Below the pieces are notes generated by a model that worked only from the letters and a program-made list of their open reading frames with translations, made no database searches and had not been told where the DNA came from. A stretch of DNA of 64,000 nucleotides from an uncultured bacterium. Lineage in GTDB: Bacteria; Babelota; Babeliae; Babelales; Babelaceae. Of the stretch, positions 19,509 to 28,361 are shown one piece after another. The DNA lies in NCBI GenBank assembly GCA_963819815.1, contig CAWFXL010000001.1, positions 1,376,001 through 1,440,000 on the forward strand. Reading direction: 5' to 3'. How positions within the stretch are numbered: position 1 is the stretch's first letter; every line of letters begins with the position of its first letter. The position numbers and the translations under genes are program-made.

Positions 19509-20573
19509 ATGCAAAAGACACGATTCCGTTACTTTCTGAGTGGTGCCTTATTGGTCTCATCATTAGCGGTTCTTACCGGATGTGACGTTTTTAAGCGAGC
19601 ATCATGTCCAGCGTGCGGGCCTAGCGCAGAAACTGCTAAACCAGAAGACGTTATATTGTCTATCGATGGTGTTCCCGCGATTACCAAACAAGAATTTGAA
19701 GAATTTTATGCTACAGCAACTGCGAATTCAGGACCTTATGGGGCTCTTTCGAGGAAAGATGCCTATGATACTTTGAAGACTATGGTACTCCTCGATCATA
19801 AAATGATCAAAGAAGGCAAGGACAAAGATCCTGAATATCAAAAAGAGTTTCGTCGTGCCTTTAATTTAGCAAAATGGGGCGTTAACTCCCAAATACTTGC
19901 AGAGGAACTTAAAAAGACTATAGATACTTCTGACGCTGCGATCGAAAGCTTCTATAATGAGGCGAAAGGCAAAAATCCTGCCTTTGATCGTCCACCGTTC
20001 CTTAAGAATCCGGAAAGCGTAAGCGTCCAGTCAGTCGAATTTACTGATAAGAAAGCTGCTGAAGAGTTTCTTAAGAAAGCAAAATCTGATTTTGCTGGAG
20101 CGGCACGTGCTGCAAATCTCTCTATCAAGGACCTTGGAAAAGTCTCTGCGCAGTCTCAAAATGTTGACTTTGCAGTTCGCTTAAAAGCACGTACACTAGC
20201 TCCTAATGCTGTTGAGCTTGTGGCTTCGGGTGATAAGAAGTTCTTTGTTATTAAGGCTGGTGCTAAGTCCCCTTCACAATATGCGGAATTTAGTGAATTG
20301 AAAGCTATGCCTCAAATGACCGAGATGCTTGCCCAGTTTAAGAGAAGTGTTGAGCTTGAGCCTGCATTCCTTAAACGCATTGAAGAGTATAAGAATGAGT
20401 TCAAAATAGATGAAAGCCTCAAATATTTTGAAGAAGCAGAAGCGAAACAAAAAGAAGAAGAAGAAAAACTTCGAGAAGCTTTCGCTCAAAAAATGCAAGA
20501 GCAAGATGGAGCACAGCCTGAAACCGAGGCTCCAGCTCAAGCAGCTAAACCACAAGGTGTAGTTGCAGGCTAA
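19509..20573 (+). CDS. PrsA/SurA-like foldase lipoprotein
   Basis: Lipobox LTGC, 'ILSIDGVPAITKQEF', parvulin-like 'DFAGAAR...DLG' segment. Confidence 0.65.
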   Translation: MQKTRFRYFLSGALLVSSLAVLTGCDVFKRASCPACGPSAETAKPEDVILSIDGVPAITKQEFEEFYATATANSGPYGALSRKDAYDTLKTMVLLDHKMIKEGKDKDPEYQKEFRRAFNLAKWGVNSQILAEELKKTIDTSDAAIESFYNEAKGKNPAFDRPPFLKNPESVSVQSVEFTDKKAAEEFLKKAKSDFAGAARAANLSIKDLGKVSAQSQNVDFAVRLKARTLAPNAVELVASGDKKFFVIKAGAKSPSQYAEFSELKAMPQMTEMLAQFKRSVELEPAFLKRIEEYKNEFKIDESLKYFEEAEAKQKEEEEKLREAFAQKMQEQDGAQPETEAPAQAAKPQGVVAG

Positions 20574-20594
20574 TTAAAGCACTGATATTATAGA

Positions 20595-20625
20595 AAGAAA
20601 GGGGATCATCACGGTCCCCTTTCTT
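20595..20625 (+). terminator. Intrinsic terminator (second copy at 21106-21136)
   Basis: AAGAAAGGGGATC ... GGTCCCCTTTCTT. Confidence 0.7.
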
Positions 20626-20643
20626 AGTTATTTGGAGTCTTTT

Positions 20644-21012
20644 ATGAACTATGCGATGCGTATTTTCTTGCTGGTGGCGCTGGGTACCGTAGTAACCCAA
20701 CAGACCCAACCGGGTGGTCGAGCTATTACAAAGTGGATTATGGGTGGCCGAGTTCCTACCTTTCTTGATGCTTCCATTAAAAGGTGGATTATTCATGATG
20801 GGAAAACTATGGCTAAACTTAGGTTGACCAAAAATGGTTATACTGATGAAGCCATTGAGGAGGCGCTTGCTCGTGTGGGGTATACTATTTTTAGAGAGCA
20901 GGCATGGGAGCGAACATATAGGGCATATAGACTAACGATGACCCATGAAGAGGCGATAGCGCGAAGCAAAGGGAAAAAGAAAAGTTTCGGGAAGCTTGCA
21001 TTCAAAAAATAA
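20644..21012 (+). CDS. Chimeric or degenerate duplicate of the downstream SurA-like gene (possible pseudogene)
   Basis: MNYAMR.. vs MNYAIR..; FLDASIKRWIIHDGKTMAK vs LRDAIIKELIILDGKTLAK. Its 3' end resembles the 3' end of the upstream foldase gene. Confidence 0.6.
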   Translation: MNYAMRIFLLVALGTVVTQQTQPGGRAITKWIMGGRVPTFLDASIKRWIIHDGKTMAKLRLTKNGYTDEAIEEALARVGYTIFREQAWERTYRAYRLTMTHEEAIARSKGKKKSFGKLAFKK

Positions 21013-21155
21013 AAACACAGGACAAAGCCTGAAGCCGAGGCTCCAGCTCAAGTAGCTAAACCACAAGGTGTAGTTGCAGGCTAAGCAAAGCACTGATATG
21101 ATAGAAAGAAAGGGGATCATTATGGTCCCCTTTCTTAGTTACGAGGAGTTTTTCT

Positions 21156-22109
21156 ATGAACTATGCGATACGTGCTCTATGGTCAGTAATTCTGGGTGCA
21201 GTATGTGGGGTATCAGCTGTCCCTGGAACTCCATCAAAACAGGGTAAATCGAGGCCAGCTAAAAAGCCGGAGGTAAGTGTCCCCCTAGAAATAGCTCAAC
21301 CGAAGCGCAAGGTTGAGGATTGTGTTCTTGCAACCATTTATCATCCTGAGGGGATCGTTCTCATTCGTCAGTCCGACTTACGTTCCGGTCTAAGTGGCCA
21401 AGCCCCTTCTTTACGAGATGCGATTATTAAAGAGCTGATTATTCTTGATGGGAAAACACTCGCTAAGGCTAAAATGCTCAATATGGGTTCTATGGAGGAA
21501 GAGGTTGAGAAGGCACTTTCTCGTGCCCAAGAGCAGCTTGGGATGACCAGGGAAGGGCTCATTGCATTTTTTAAAGAACAAGGCCTGACGCTTGAAGAAG
21601 CAAAAAAGGAGCTTGAAAGAGGCCTTATCGTTGAAAATGTCATAGATTCTCGTGTTAAGACGAAGGCTCAGGTCTCGAACAAAGCTATTGAGCAGTATCA
21701 CAATGATCATCCAGTTGTTAGGTATAGCTTCCATCAAGCGGTAGTGCCCCTGGGTGGCAGTTCAAAAGCCCTTAGGAGGGCTATTGTTGAGCAAGAAATA
21801 GCTTCAGGAAACATTGAACATTCGGTCGATTGGGCTGATATCGGTGCTATTGCTGAAAAAGACATTTCTGGGGAAAAGGCCTATATTAAGGATCTTCCTG
21901 TGGGTGCTGTCATTATAAGTGATGAGTCTGACGGGGAATTTACCTTACTAAAGTTTATCGCTAAGAAGATAACCCCCCTTGAGGAGCGTAAAAACGATAT
22001 TGCCAATATGCTTACCCAAGAGCGGTATATTCAAACACAAAAAACATACTTTGATAAGCTCTTTCAGGAAGCTAATATTCGCTATAGTGATAAGGCAGTT
22101 CGTCCATAG
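21156..22109 (+). CDS. SurA N-terminal domain chaperone-like protein
   Basis: Signal peptide, 'VLATI...LIRQSDL', 'LKEQGLTLEE'-type helix, 'VSNKAIEQYH', 'PLEERKNDI', 'EANIRY'. Confidence 0.65.
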   Translation: MNYAIRALWSVILGAVCGVSAVPGTPSKQGKSRPAKKPEVSVPLEIAQPKRKVEDCVLATIYHPEGIVLIRQSDLRSGLSGQAPSLRDAIIKELIILDGKTLAKAKMLNMGSMEEEVEKALSRAQEQLGMTREGLIAFFKEQGLTLEEAKKELERGLIVENVIDSRVKTKAQVSNKAIEQYHNDHPVVRYSFHQAVVPLGGSSKALRRAIVEQEIASGNIEHSVDWADIGAIAEKDISGEKAYIKDLPVGAVIISDESDGEFTLLKFIAKKITPLEERKNDIANMLTQERYIQTQKTYFDKLFQEANIRYSDKAVRP

Positions 22110-22232
22110 TGCCGATCTTGTAATCGGTTGAGTATTGGTGGAGCATCAAAATCTTTTGTGCTAGCTTCTTCTCAGAATAGATAAGATGCGGGTGTTTGTT
22201 TCCCCATTAGATCTTCTTGTAATCAGTTTAAA

Positions 22233-22317
22233 AAAAGAGCCGGTTCTTTTATATAAATCTTGCTAAAAAGAGCCGGCTCTTTTATTCTATAGCTTAGAAA
22301 AAGAGCCGGCTCTTTTT
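22233..22317. promoter_or_regulatory. Three palindromic operator-like sites at 33-bp spacing overlapping a promoter
   Basis: AAAAGAGCCGG(T/C)TCTTTT x3, centred near 22241, 22274 and 22307. TTGCTA(22260)-N17-TATTCT(22283) brackets the middle copy. Confidence 0.75.
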
Positions 22318-22365
22318 AACTGAGGCTGAATTTAATTGAGTGATTTAATGTCTAGGAGAGCGCCC

Positions 22366-23724
22366 ATGAATCGCACCTGCATGGCTTTTCTGAAAGAATG
22401 GCTTATCGCGCCCACGCGCAAACCGCTTATTATTCGTGGAGCACGACAAGTTGGCAAAACCTGGGCAGTGAGACATTTAGCAGAATTAGAAGGTTTAAAG
22501 CTCGTTGAGTTCAATTTCGAAAGGAATCCGGAGTATGCAGATCTCTTTGAATCGAATGATCCAAAAGAAATTATACGCCGCATTGAGCAGCGATTTGCCG
22601 TACGGGTTGATCCAGGCAAAACACTTTTGTTTCTCGACGAAATTCAAGCAAAACCTGAACTTATAGAAAAATTGCGATGGTTTTATGAAGAAATGCCGCA
22701 ACTAGCTGTTATCGCTGCGGGGTCCTTGTTAGAATTTGTTTTAGGCGTCCATGCTCTCAAGATGCCTGTGGGTCGCGTGAGCTTTGCATACCTTGAGCCG
22801 TTGTCATTTATTGAATTTCTTCAAGCTCAACACAAAGATCAGCTTGTTGATCTTATAAAATCATACACCTGGAATGAGGAAATTAATAAGGTAGTCCATG
22901 CAGAGCTCATGAGGTTATTTAAGGAATATGTATATGTTGGAGGGCTTCCAGGAGCAGTATCTGAGTGGATTGAGGGAGGGTCTCTCGCAAAAACCAATGA
23001 GATGCATAATGATTTATTGGGCTCATATAGAGCAGATTTTAGTAAATATAGTGGTCGGGTTTCTCCCGATATTTTGAATGAGGTTATAGATACAATACCT
23101 CTCTCTTTAGCCAAAAAATTTATCTATAGTCACGTGCAAACGGATGCCTCGCTTGTCCAGGTTAAGGCAGCGGTGCAGCTCTTGACCCGCGCTCGCGTAG
23201 CCAGTGCAGTGAAAGCTACTGCTGCAAATGGCATACCTTTGGGGGCTGAGGTTAATGAAAAGTTCAACAAGATGATTCTTCTTGATGTTGGGTTATGTTC
23301 TGCATTGCTTGGTTTACAGTTGGGACAATTGGAGGATACTGATGAACTTGATCTGGTTAACAAGGGTGGTATTGCAGAGCAAGTTGTTGGACAGCTGCTA
23401 CGCACTATAGAACCATGGTATATCGAGCCAGCGCTTTATTATTGGACTCGAATTGAGAGAGGCGCTGAAGCAGAGATAGATTATGTTATCCAGCACGGCA
23501 CTACCGTGGTGCCTATAGAAGTCAAAGCAGGCAGTTCAGGAAAATTAAAGTCACTCCATTTTTTTATGCAGATCAAAGGGCTATCGACCGCAGTACGTTT
23601 TTGCTCGGGCCTGCCTCAGATAACTCAGGTATCAGTAAAAGATACTCAATCCAGTGAGATTAACTACGAGTTACGATCTATGCCATTTTACCTTATCAGT
23701 GAGCTTCATAGGCTGCTTGCCTAA
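22366..23724 (+). CDS. AAA_14 ATPase with DUF4143 C-terminal domain
   Basis: GARQVGKT Walker A, FLDEIQ Walker B, AGSLL, GGLP, C-terminal EIDYV...PIEVKAG (PD-(D/E)XK-like). Confidence 0.9.
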   Translation: MNRTCMAFLKEWLIAPTRKPLIIRGARQVGKTWAVRHLAELEGLKLVEFNFERNPEYADLFESNDPKEIIRRIEQRFAVRVDPGKTLLFLDEIQAKPELIEKLRWFYEEMPQLAVIAAGSLLEFVLGVHALKMPVGRVSFAYLEPLSFIEFLQAQHKDQLVDLIKSYTWNEEINKVVHAELMRLFKEYVYVGGLPGAVSEWIEGGSLAKTNEMHNDLLGSYRADFSKYSGRVSPDILNEVIDTIPLSLAKKFIYSHVQTDASLVQVKAAVQLLTRARVASAVKATAANGIPLGAEVNEKFNKMILLDVGLCSALLGLQLGQLEDTDELDLVNKGGIAEQVVGQLLRTIEPWYIEPALYYWTRIERGAEAEIDYVIQHGTTVVPIEVKAGSSGKLKSLHFFMQIKGLSTAVRFCSGLPQITQVSVKDTQSSEINYELRSMPFYLISELHRLLA

Positions 23725-23758
23725 ATGTCCGTCTATTTAGGGCAAACCAATACTCGAG

Positions 23759-25000
23759 TTAGGTTGCTTCATGTTCAAGAGAGGAAGCTTTATTACTCAA
23801 CTCGAGGGATTTTTTGATGAGATCAGTTTTCTGTGCCCGATGCTCCGGTTTTGTATCAAAGTAGGCCTGTAGAAGCTGCTCAAGATCCATATCAACCTTT
23901 AGAACAGCTCGACGTTCTCGCGTTTCAAGAGCGCGCACGGGAAAGATGCCCACAAGATACCATGCGTTGACACAAGCTTTTTGTATGGTGCTCAGGTCTA
24001 CACGATCCTTGGTATGTGGGGGGAGGTGGTACATGATCTTTACAATAGCACCCTCTAACTCATGTTTCTCGATTTCTTCAAGAAGGAGCTCCGTTTGGTG
24101 GTCAGGATCATAAAGGCGAGCATCGATCTGTATGAACGGTCTTGTGGGAGTTTTAATAAACTCAAAGGACGTCATCTCTTTCTCATGAATGGTCACATAA
24201 CAAAACCCTTTGTCCTCTTTGCGTTCACCAAAGTCGATCCGTTCGATAGAGCCTGAGTATACGATGGGAGGAAATTGAGACCCGTTTACATTTTGAAAGC
24301 GATGCAAATGGCCAAGTGCTACATAATCAAAAGGAACAATGCCAAGCTGAGATGGCATAAATAGAGGATCGGTACCGTACACAGCCCGTTTTTCTGAACC
24401 GGAGAATATACCATTACTTACCGTTAAATGGCCTGCAAGAACTGAAGGTAATGATTGATCAAGATCGGCAGCAAGAGAAGCGATAATTTTGGTGACACCG
24501 GTGCTTATATAGTCTGTAATTTCTGTTGCAGAAAGATGCTGATGTTCATTGTGCAACGCTAGTGTATTTCTGGTGGGCCAAGGTATGCCTACAATCTGCA
24601 CAGGCCCATTCTTCGTTTCAAGACGCAGTGCAGTTGGTTTGCTTATCACATGGAAACCCTCAAGAGGTATCTGCCCAAAAATGTCTAAAGCATGAGCTTT
24701 CCCGTGACTTAGGGGATTGTCATGGTTTCCAATAATAATGACGACCGGGATCTTGGCCTGATACAGGCGTAAAAAGCAGTTCATCAGTAAACGCTGATGC
24801 GTTGGTGTCGGGTGTGCAGTTTTATAGGCATCACCTGAGAATAAAAAAAAGTCGACCTCCTGTTCAAGGGCAAAGTCGATGCAGAAGGAAAGTGCTTTCT
24901 CAAAATCTATCAGACGCGAATGGATACCCCTTTTAGGGTCTATCCGACCATAGTTTTCCATACCAAAATGTATGTCTGCAGTATGGATAAAACGAACCAC
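23759..25000 (-). CDS. sbcD: Exonuclease SbcD (Mre11-type metallophosphoesterase)
   Basis: HTADIH, SGDAY, GNHD, YVALGHLH and YSGS motifs. Confidence 0.9.
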   Translation of the reverse strand: MVRFIHTADIHFGMENYGRIDPKRGIHSRLIDFEKALSFCIDFALEQEVDFFLFSGDAYKTAHPTPTHQRLLMNCFLRLYQAKIPVVIIIGNHDNPLSHGKAHALDIFGQIPLEGFHVISKPTALRLETKNGPVQIVGIPWPTRNTLALHNEHQHLSATEITDYISTGVTKIIASLAADLDQSLPSVLAGHLTVSNGIFSGSEKRAVYGTDPLFMPSQLGIVPFDYVALGHLHRFQNVNGSQFPPIVYSGSIERIDFGERKEDKGFCYVTIHEKEMTSFEFIKTPTRPFIQIDARLYDPDHQTELLLEEIEKHELEGAIVKIMYHLPPHTKDRVDLSTIQKACVNAWYLVGIFPVRALETRERRAVLKVDMDLEQLLQAYFDTKPEHRAQKTDLIKKSLELSNKASSLEHEAT

Positions 25001-25008
25001 AGTATTCC

Positions 25009-26430
25009 TTACGAGCCTTGTGTTGCAAGCTTTAATTTGAGCTTATCAGGAGCTTGAGCGTGTTTACCTTTGATAAGCGGTGCATAATGTAATTTAGTTG
25101 TTTGCCGCTGTCGTGCAATGGCCAAGGCCTGCGCGGGAACCGATTCTGTTATAGTTGAACCGGCGGCAACAATAGCATCTTTTCCGATGGTTACCGGTGC
25201 AAGGAGTGCACTGTTGCTTCCAATAAACGCCCCATCTTCTATGATAGTTGGATGCTTGCTCACCCCATTATAGTTACAGGTAATAGTTCCTGCACCGATA
25301 TTTGCTTCTTTCCCTATCTGAGCTTGTCCTAGGTAGGTAAGATGTTTGGCCTTGCTTTTATGGCCAAGGGTTGTTTTGCTTACTTCCACAAAGTTCCCTA
25401 CAACGCTTTCTGCATGCAGGGTACTATGCTGGTGAACTCGAGCAAAAGGTCCAACCTGTGCCATACTATGAACTGATGCATGTGAGATGACGCTATGTGA
25501 ATGAATGATTGCGGAATCGCCAATGATAGCACCATCAAGCACTGAAAAGGCATCTATGGTAACTTTCCTGCCGACTTGGGTACCCTTGAGTAGTTGTACT
25601 CCATAGCCAACAACCGTATCAGGACTTAGTGTAACATCATAATCTATGACAACCGATTCTGGTGCTATAAATCTTACTCCTTGTGCCATCCAGCTATTAA
25701 TAATATCAGATCGCATGAGTCGCTCAGCAACCCAGAGCTCCTTGAGGGTATTAATACCCCGAACATGATCAAAGGGAATATCAACGATCTCGATCTTTTT
25801 CTTCTGTTCACTCGCTTTGTGAATGAGATCGGTAATAAAGATTTCGCCGCTTGGGTGGGTTTCTAAAGAAGGTAGAGTGTCTTCAAGGAAAGCTCGCTCA
25901 ATAAGATACACTCCTGCATTTAAGCGGCATTCGCGAGCAGGATCTCCCGTGAATTCTCGTTGTTCAACGATAGAAACTTGTTCTCCGTTATCGATGACTC
26001 GACCATAGCCAATAACCGAAGGATCAGCATTATACGAAGCGATAAAAGAAATAGTTGCATCTGTTGAACGGTGGCGCTTCATAAGTTCGGCAATGTGCGC
26101 TTCTGTAATCAGAGGTACATCACCATTTAAAATAAGAAGAGTATCTTCTGTCCAATAAGGTTTCGTACAAAGAAGGGCATGGCCAGTGCCTTTCTGAATA
26201 GTTTGTTCAACGCATTCAACAGGATAGCTATATTTATCAAGAATTCCTCGGATGATCTCTTGCTGGTAACCCACGACGACAAGAGTTTTTATCTTGAGGG
26301 CTTTAAGGACGTTAAGGGGATAGCGAATCATTTCCTGACCGCAGAGAGTAAAGCTCAGTTTTATTGCGGATGTGTTAAACCGGGATGATCTTCCTGCTGC
26401 TAATACAATTGCTTGAGTGCGAGTGGGCAT
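25009..26430 (-). CDS. glmU: Bifunctional UDP-GlcNAc pyrophosphorylase/acetyltransferase
   Basis: LAAGRSSR, QKGTGHA, hexapeptide repeats, GPFAR, GNFVE, HLTYLG, NIGAGTITCNY. Confidence 0.95.
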   Translation of the reverse strand: MPTRTQAIVLAAGRSSRFNTSAIKLSFTLCGQEMIRYPLNVLKALKIKTLVVVGYQQEIIRGILDKYSYPVECVEQTIQKGTGHALLCTKPYWTEDTLLILNGDVPLITEAHIAELMKRHRSTDATISFIASYNADPSVIGYGRVIDNGEQVSIVEQREFTGDPARECRLNAGVYLIERAFLEDTLPSLETHPSGEIFITDLIHKASEQKKKIEIVDIPFDHVRGINTLKELWVAERLMRSDIINSWMAQGVRFIAPESVVIDYDVTLSPDTVVGYGVQLLKGTQVGRKVTIDAFSVLDGAIIGDSAIIHSHSVISHASVHSMAQVGPFARVHQHSTLHAESVVGNFVEVSKTTLGHKSKAKHLTYLGQAQIGKEANIGAGTITCNYNGVSKHPTIIEDGAFIGSNSALLAPVTIGKDAIVAAGSTITESVPAQALAIARQRQTTKLHYAPLIKGKHAQAPDKLKLKLATQGS

Positions 26431-26652
26431 GGAAAAACCTCTTATGTTGCAGCCAAAAACAGATACTAAAAAGTGTAATAGGAACTTGTAGATTTAGCAA
26501 TTTCTTCTTGAAAGGTACACGCAACTCATTGGGCAAGGTGCGAAGTGAGACCAAAGATCGTAATCGAGGTGAAAAAACTTCAAAAAACTGGAAAAACCGT
26601 TACCCTCTGTGCTGGGAAGGTCCCTAAATTTATTTATGGGTATGAGAAGCGC

Positions 26653-26687
26653 AAGATATTATCTCGATTTCATCGAGGTAATATCTT
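26653..26687. repeat. 16-bp stem inverted repeat
   Basis: AAGATATTATCTCGAT-TTC-ATCGAGGTAATATCTT (one G-U pair). Confidence 0.7.
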
Positions 26688-26697
26688 CTAACAACTC

Positions 26698-26725
26698 TTG
26701 CATTTATCGCATTTGCTGGTAATAT
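26698..26725 (+). promoter_or_regulatory. Sigma70-like promoter with extended -10
   Basis: TTGCAT-N16-(TGG)TAATAT; same layout as the rnpB promoter in this window. Confidence 0.5.
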
Positions 26726-26777
26726 TGCATGTGAACCGAAGTGGTTTTTAATAATCAAAATAGTGCCGGAGAAGCCA

Positions 26778-26896
26778 CGGAATATCGAACGAGTTGGGGC
26801 ATCAACTCTTGGGTTAGGTGATGTAAGACCAACTTTGTTGGCTATCGCTGTCTGATCCCAGAATCCCCGGAGTTTATTCCTGGGCGAGTATGTCAA
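26778..26896 (+). mobile_element. IS200/IS605-family remnant: tnpB 3' end plus right end (omega/reRNA-like region)
   Basis: Translates RNIERVGASTLGLGDVRPTLLAIAV*, resembling a TnpB C-terminal tail. Followed by AGAATCCCCGGAGTTTATTCCTGGGCGAGTATGTCAA, a typical IS605 right-end hairpin ending in TCAA. Confidence 0.7.
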
Positions 26897-27025
26897 AATA
26901 GCTATATGAACTTCCGTCTAAACGTTGCAGAACCGAAGTACGAAATAAAGAGTGGTTCACCAGGTACAACGTCCTATAAAAAAATGAGAGGTGCGATGCA
27001 GGCCAGGAGTAACTTTTTGTTAATC

Positions 27026-27119
27026 GGAGAGATGGCTGAGCGGACGAAAGCGGCCGCCTCGAAAGCGGTTATTCCGTATATACTCGGAATCGGGGGTTCG
27101 AATCCCTCTCTCTCCACCA
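27026..27119 (+). tRNA. tRNA-Ser(CGA)
   Basis: GGAGAGA/TCTCTCC acceptor stem, anticodon arm GCCGC-CTCGAAA-GCGGT, long variable arm, GTTCGAATCC, encoded CCA. Confidence 0.93.
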
Positions 27120-27141
27120 CGAAGACTTAGGAAATAGATTC

Positions 27142-28353
27142 ATGATAAAACGTCTTTTACTAGTTCTGGGCATCGCAGGAACCTCGCAGGCGATGGTATT
27201 TGATAACCGATTTCTGCCTCTCTATTTAAAACCATTTACCAGACGGTGCGATGCATTGTCACATGTGAGAGTGCAGCCGTTTTTTATGCATGCCGATAGA
27301 GCTTTTTCAGATATAGATATGTCCATCCCTGATATTAATGGATTATATGATCAACGAGTTCTTGCACAAGCATTAGTGGATACTGGACATTCTCAGCCAT
27401 TGCGCTCTGATTTTAGACTGCGGACCTGCATTCCCTGGGCTCGTCACGGCCGCCTTGATGCTCAAGGTATCGCTTTTCTTTATGAGCAGTCACTGACTCC
27501 CTGGCTGTCAGCAGGGGTAGATATGGCATTCGCTCATGTTGCAATGCGCCATCAATTTGCCTTGTCAGGCGCTGAAGAGCAGCTTTCTCCTGGGGATAAG
27601 GAATATCTATTACAAGCAAAAGAGGCGATGCACCAACAGCTTGGTCTGCGTCCAGCTCTTTTTTCAAAGACGCTGTTTGGTGATGTTGATTTATACCTCA
27701 GATTTGGATGTATTTGGGACTATACCCTTAAGTTTAGACGAATTGATGCAAGCGCAAAGTTTGGGGTATATGTTCCCTCAGCTACAGCGCGTGATCTTGA
27801 TAATCCGGCTGCAATTCCCTTGGGAGGCGATAAGCATTGGGGCGTATATGGTGGGTTTGAAAGTGAGTGGGAGTTAAAGGAAGATTTATCGGTAGGCCTT
27901 ATGTTTCGTGCTATTAAGCGACTTAAGAAAACACAGCAGTTACGAATACCCTTGCTTACGGAACCTCAAGAGTATGGCGTTCTTGTAGGGCCTGTGGAGG
28001 TTGACCCGGGCTGGACCTTCGTTTTTAATCCTACGGTTGATACGGCTCATTTGCGTCGTGGGTTGGGTTTGAAAGCAGGTTATACCATGGTTGCACATTT
28101 GAACGATACCTACTCAGACTGTCGACCGACCGACTTTCGAAAGAAGTTTCCAGGTAACCTCGTAAAGCATGATTCTTCCTGGGGTGCCGAATACATTACG
28201 ATAGGTGCCTACTATGACTTTGAAAAAGCATACGAGTGCCCTTCACTCTATCCAAAAATTTCCCTATATTGGGATATCCCAGTAAATTGGTTGGTCAGTA
28301 AGCGTGCAGCTAAGACCACGAGTGTTTCCTTAATGTTCGAACTAGATTTCTAG
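27142..28353 (+). CDS. Hypothetical exported protein, probable outer-membrane beta-barrel
   Basis: Signal peptide, amphipathic strands, C-terminal 'VSLMFELDF'. Confidence 0.55.
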   Translation: MIKRLLLVLGIAGTSQAMVFDNRFLPLYLKPFTRRCDALSHVRVQPFFMHADRAFSDIDMSIPDINGLYDQRVLAQALVDTGHSQPLRSDFRLRTCIPWARHGRLDAQGIAFLYEQSLTPWLSAGVDMAFAHVAMRHQFALSGAEEQLSPGDKEYLLQAKEAMHQQLGLRPALFSKTLFGDVDLYLRFGCIWDYTLKFRRIDASAKFGVYVPSATARDLDNPAAIPLGGDKHWGVYGGFESEWELKEDLSVGLMFRAIKRLKKTQQLRIPLLTEPQEYGVLVGPVEVDPGWTFVFNPTVDTAHLRRGLGLKAGYTMVAHLNDTYSDCRPTDFRKKFPGNLVKHDSSWGAEYITIGAYYDFEKAYECPSLYPKISLYWDIPVNWLVSKRAAKTTSVSLMFELDF

Positions 28354-28361
28354 GAGATAGC

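Larger units (their letters stand above)
20515..21173 (+). repeat. Tandem duplication: ~150-bp direct repeats at 20515-20662 and 21026-21173
   Basis: Near-identical AGCCTGAA(A/G)CCGAGGCTCCAGCTCAAG(C/T)AGCTAAACCACAAGGTGTAGTTGCAGGCTAA...GAAAGAAAGGGGATCAT...GGTCCCCTTTCTTAGTTA...ATGAACTATGCGAT in both copies. Confidence 0.9.

Noticed and set aside
22233..22317. Mini-CRISPR array
   Set aside because: Repeats are 18 bp with ~15-bp spacers, overlap a promoter, and there are no cas genes; this fits operators better.
23759..25000. SbcD plus the adjacent AAA ATPase as a nuclease-ATPase defence pair
   Set aside because: The genes are convergent and sbcD is coupled to glmU. Missing sbcC fits the generally scrambled operons here (pheT without pheS, mreB without mreC).
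26731..26960. 6S RNA or tmRNA
   Set aside because: Only a 7-bp terminal pairing; no long rod or tRNA-like domain, and the interior is explained by the tnpB/IS605 end.
26630..27130. ORFs 26630-26896(-) and 26906-27130(+)
   Set aside because: They overlap the IS605 remnant and the tRNA gene, and show no recognisable motifs or RBS.
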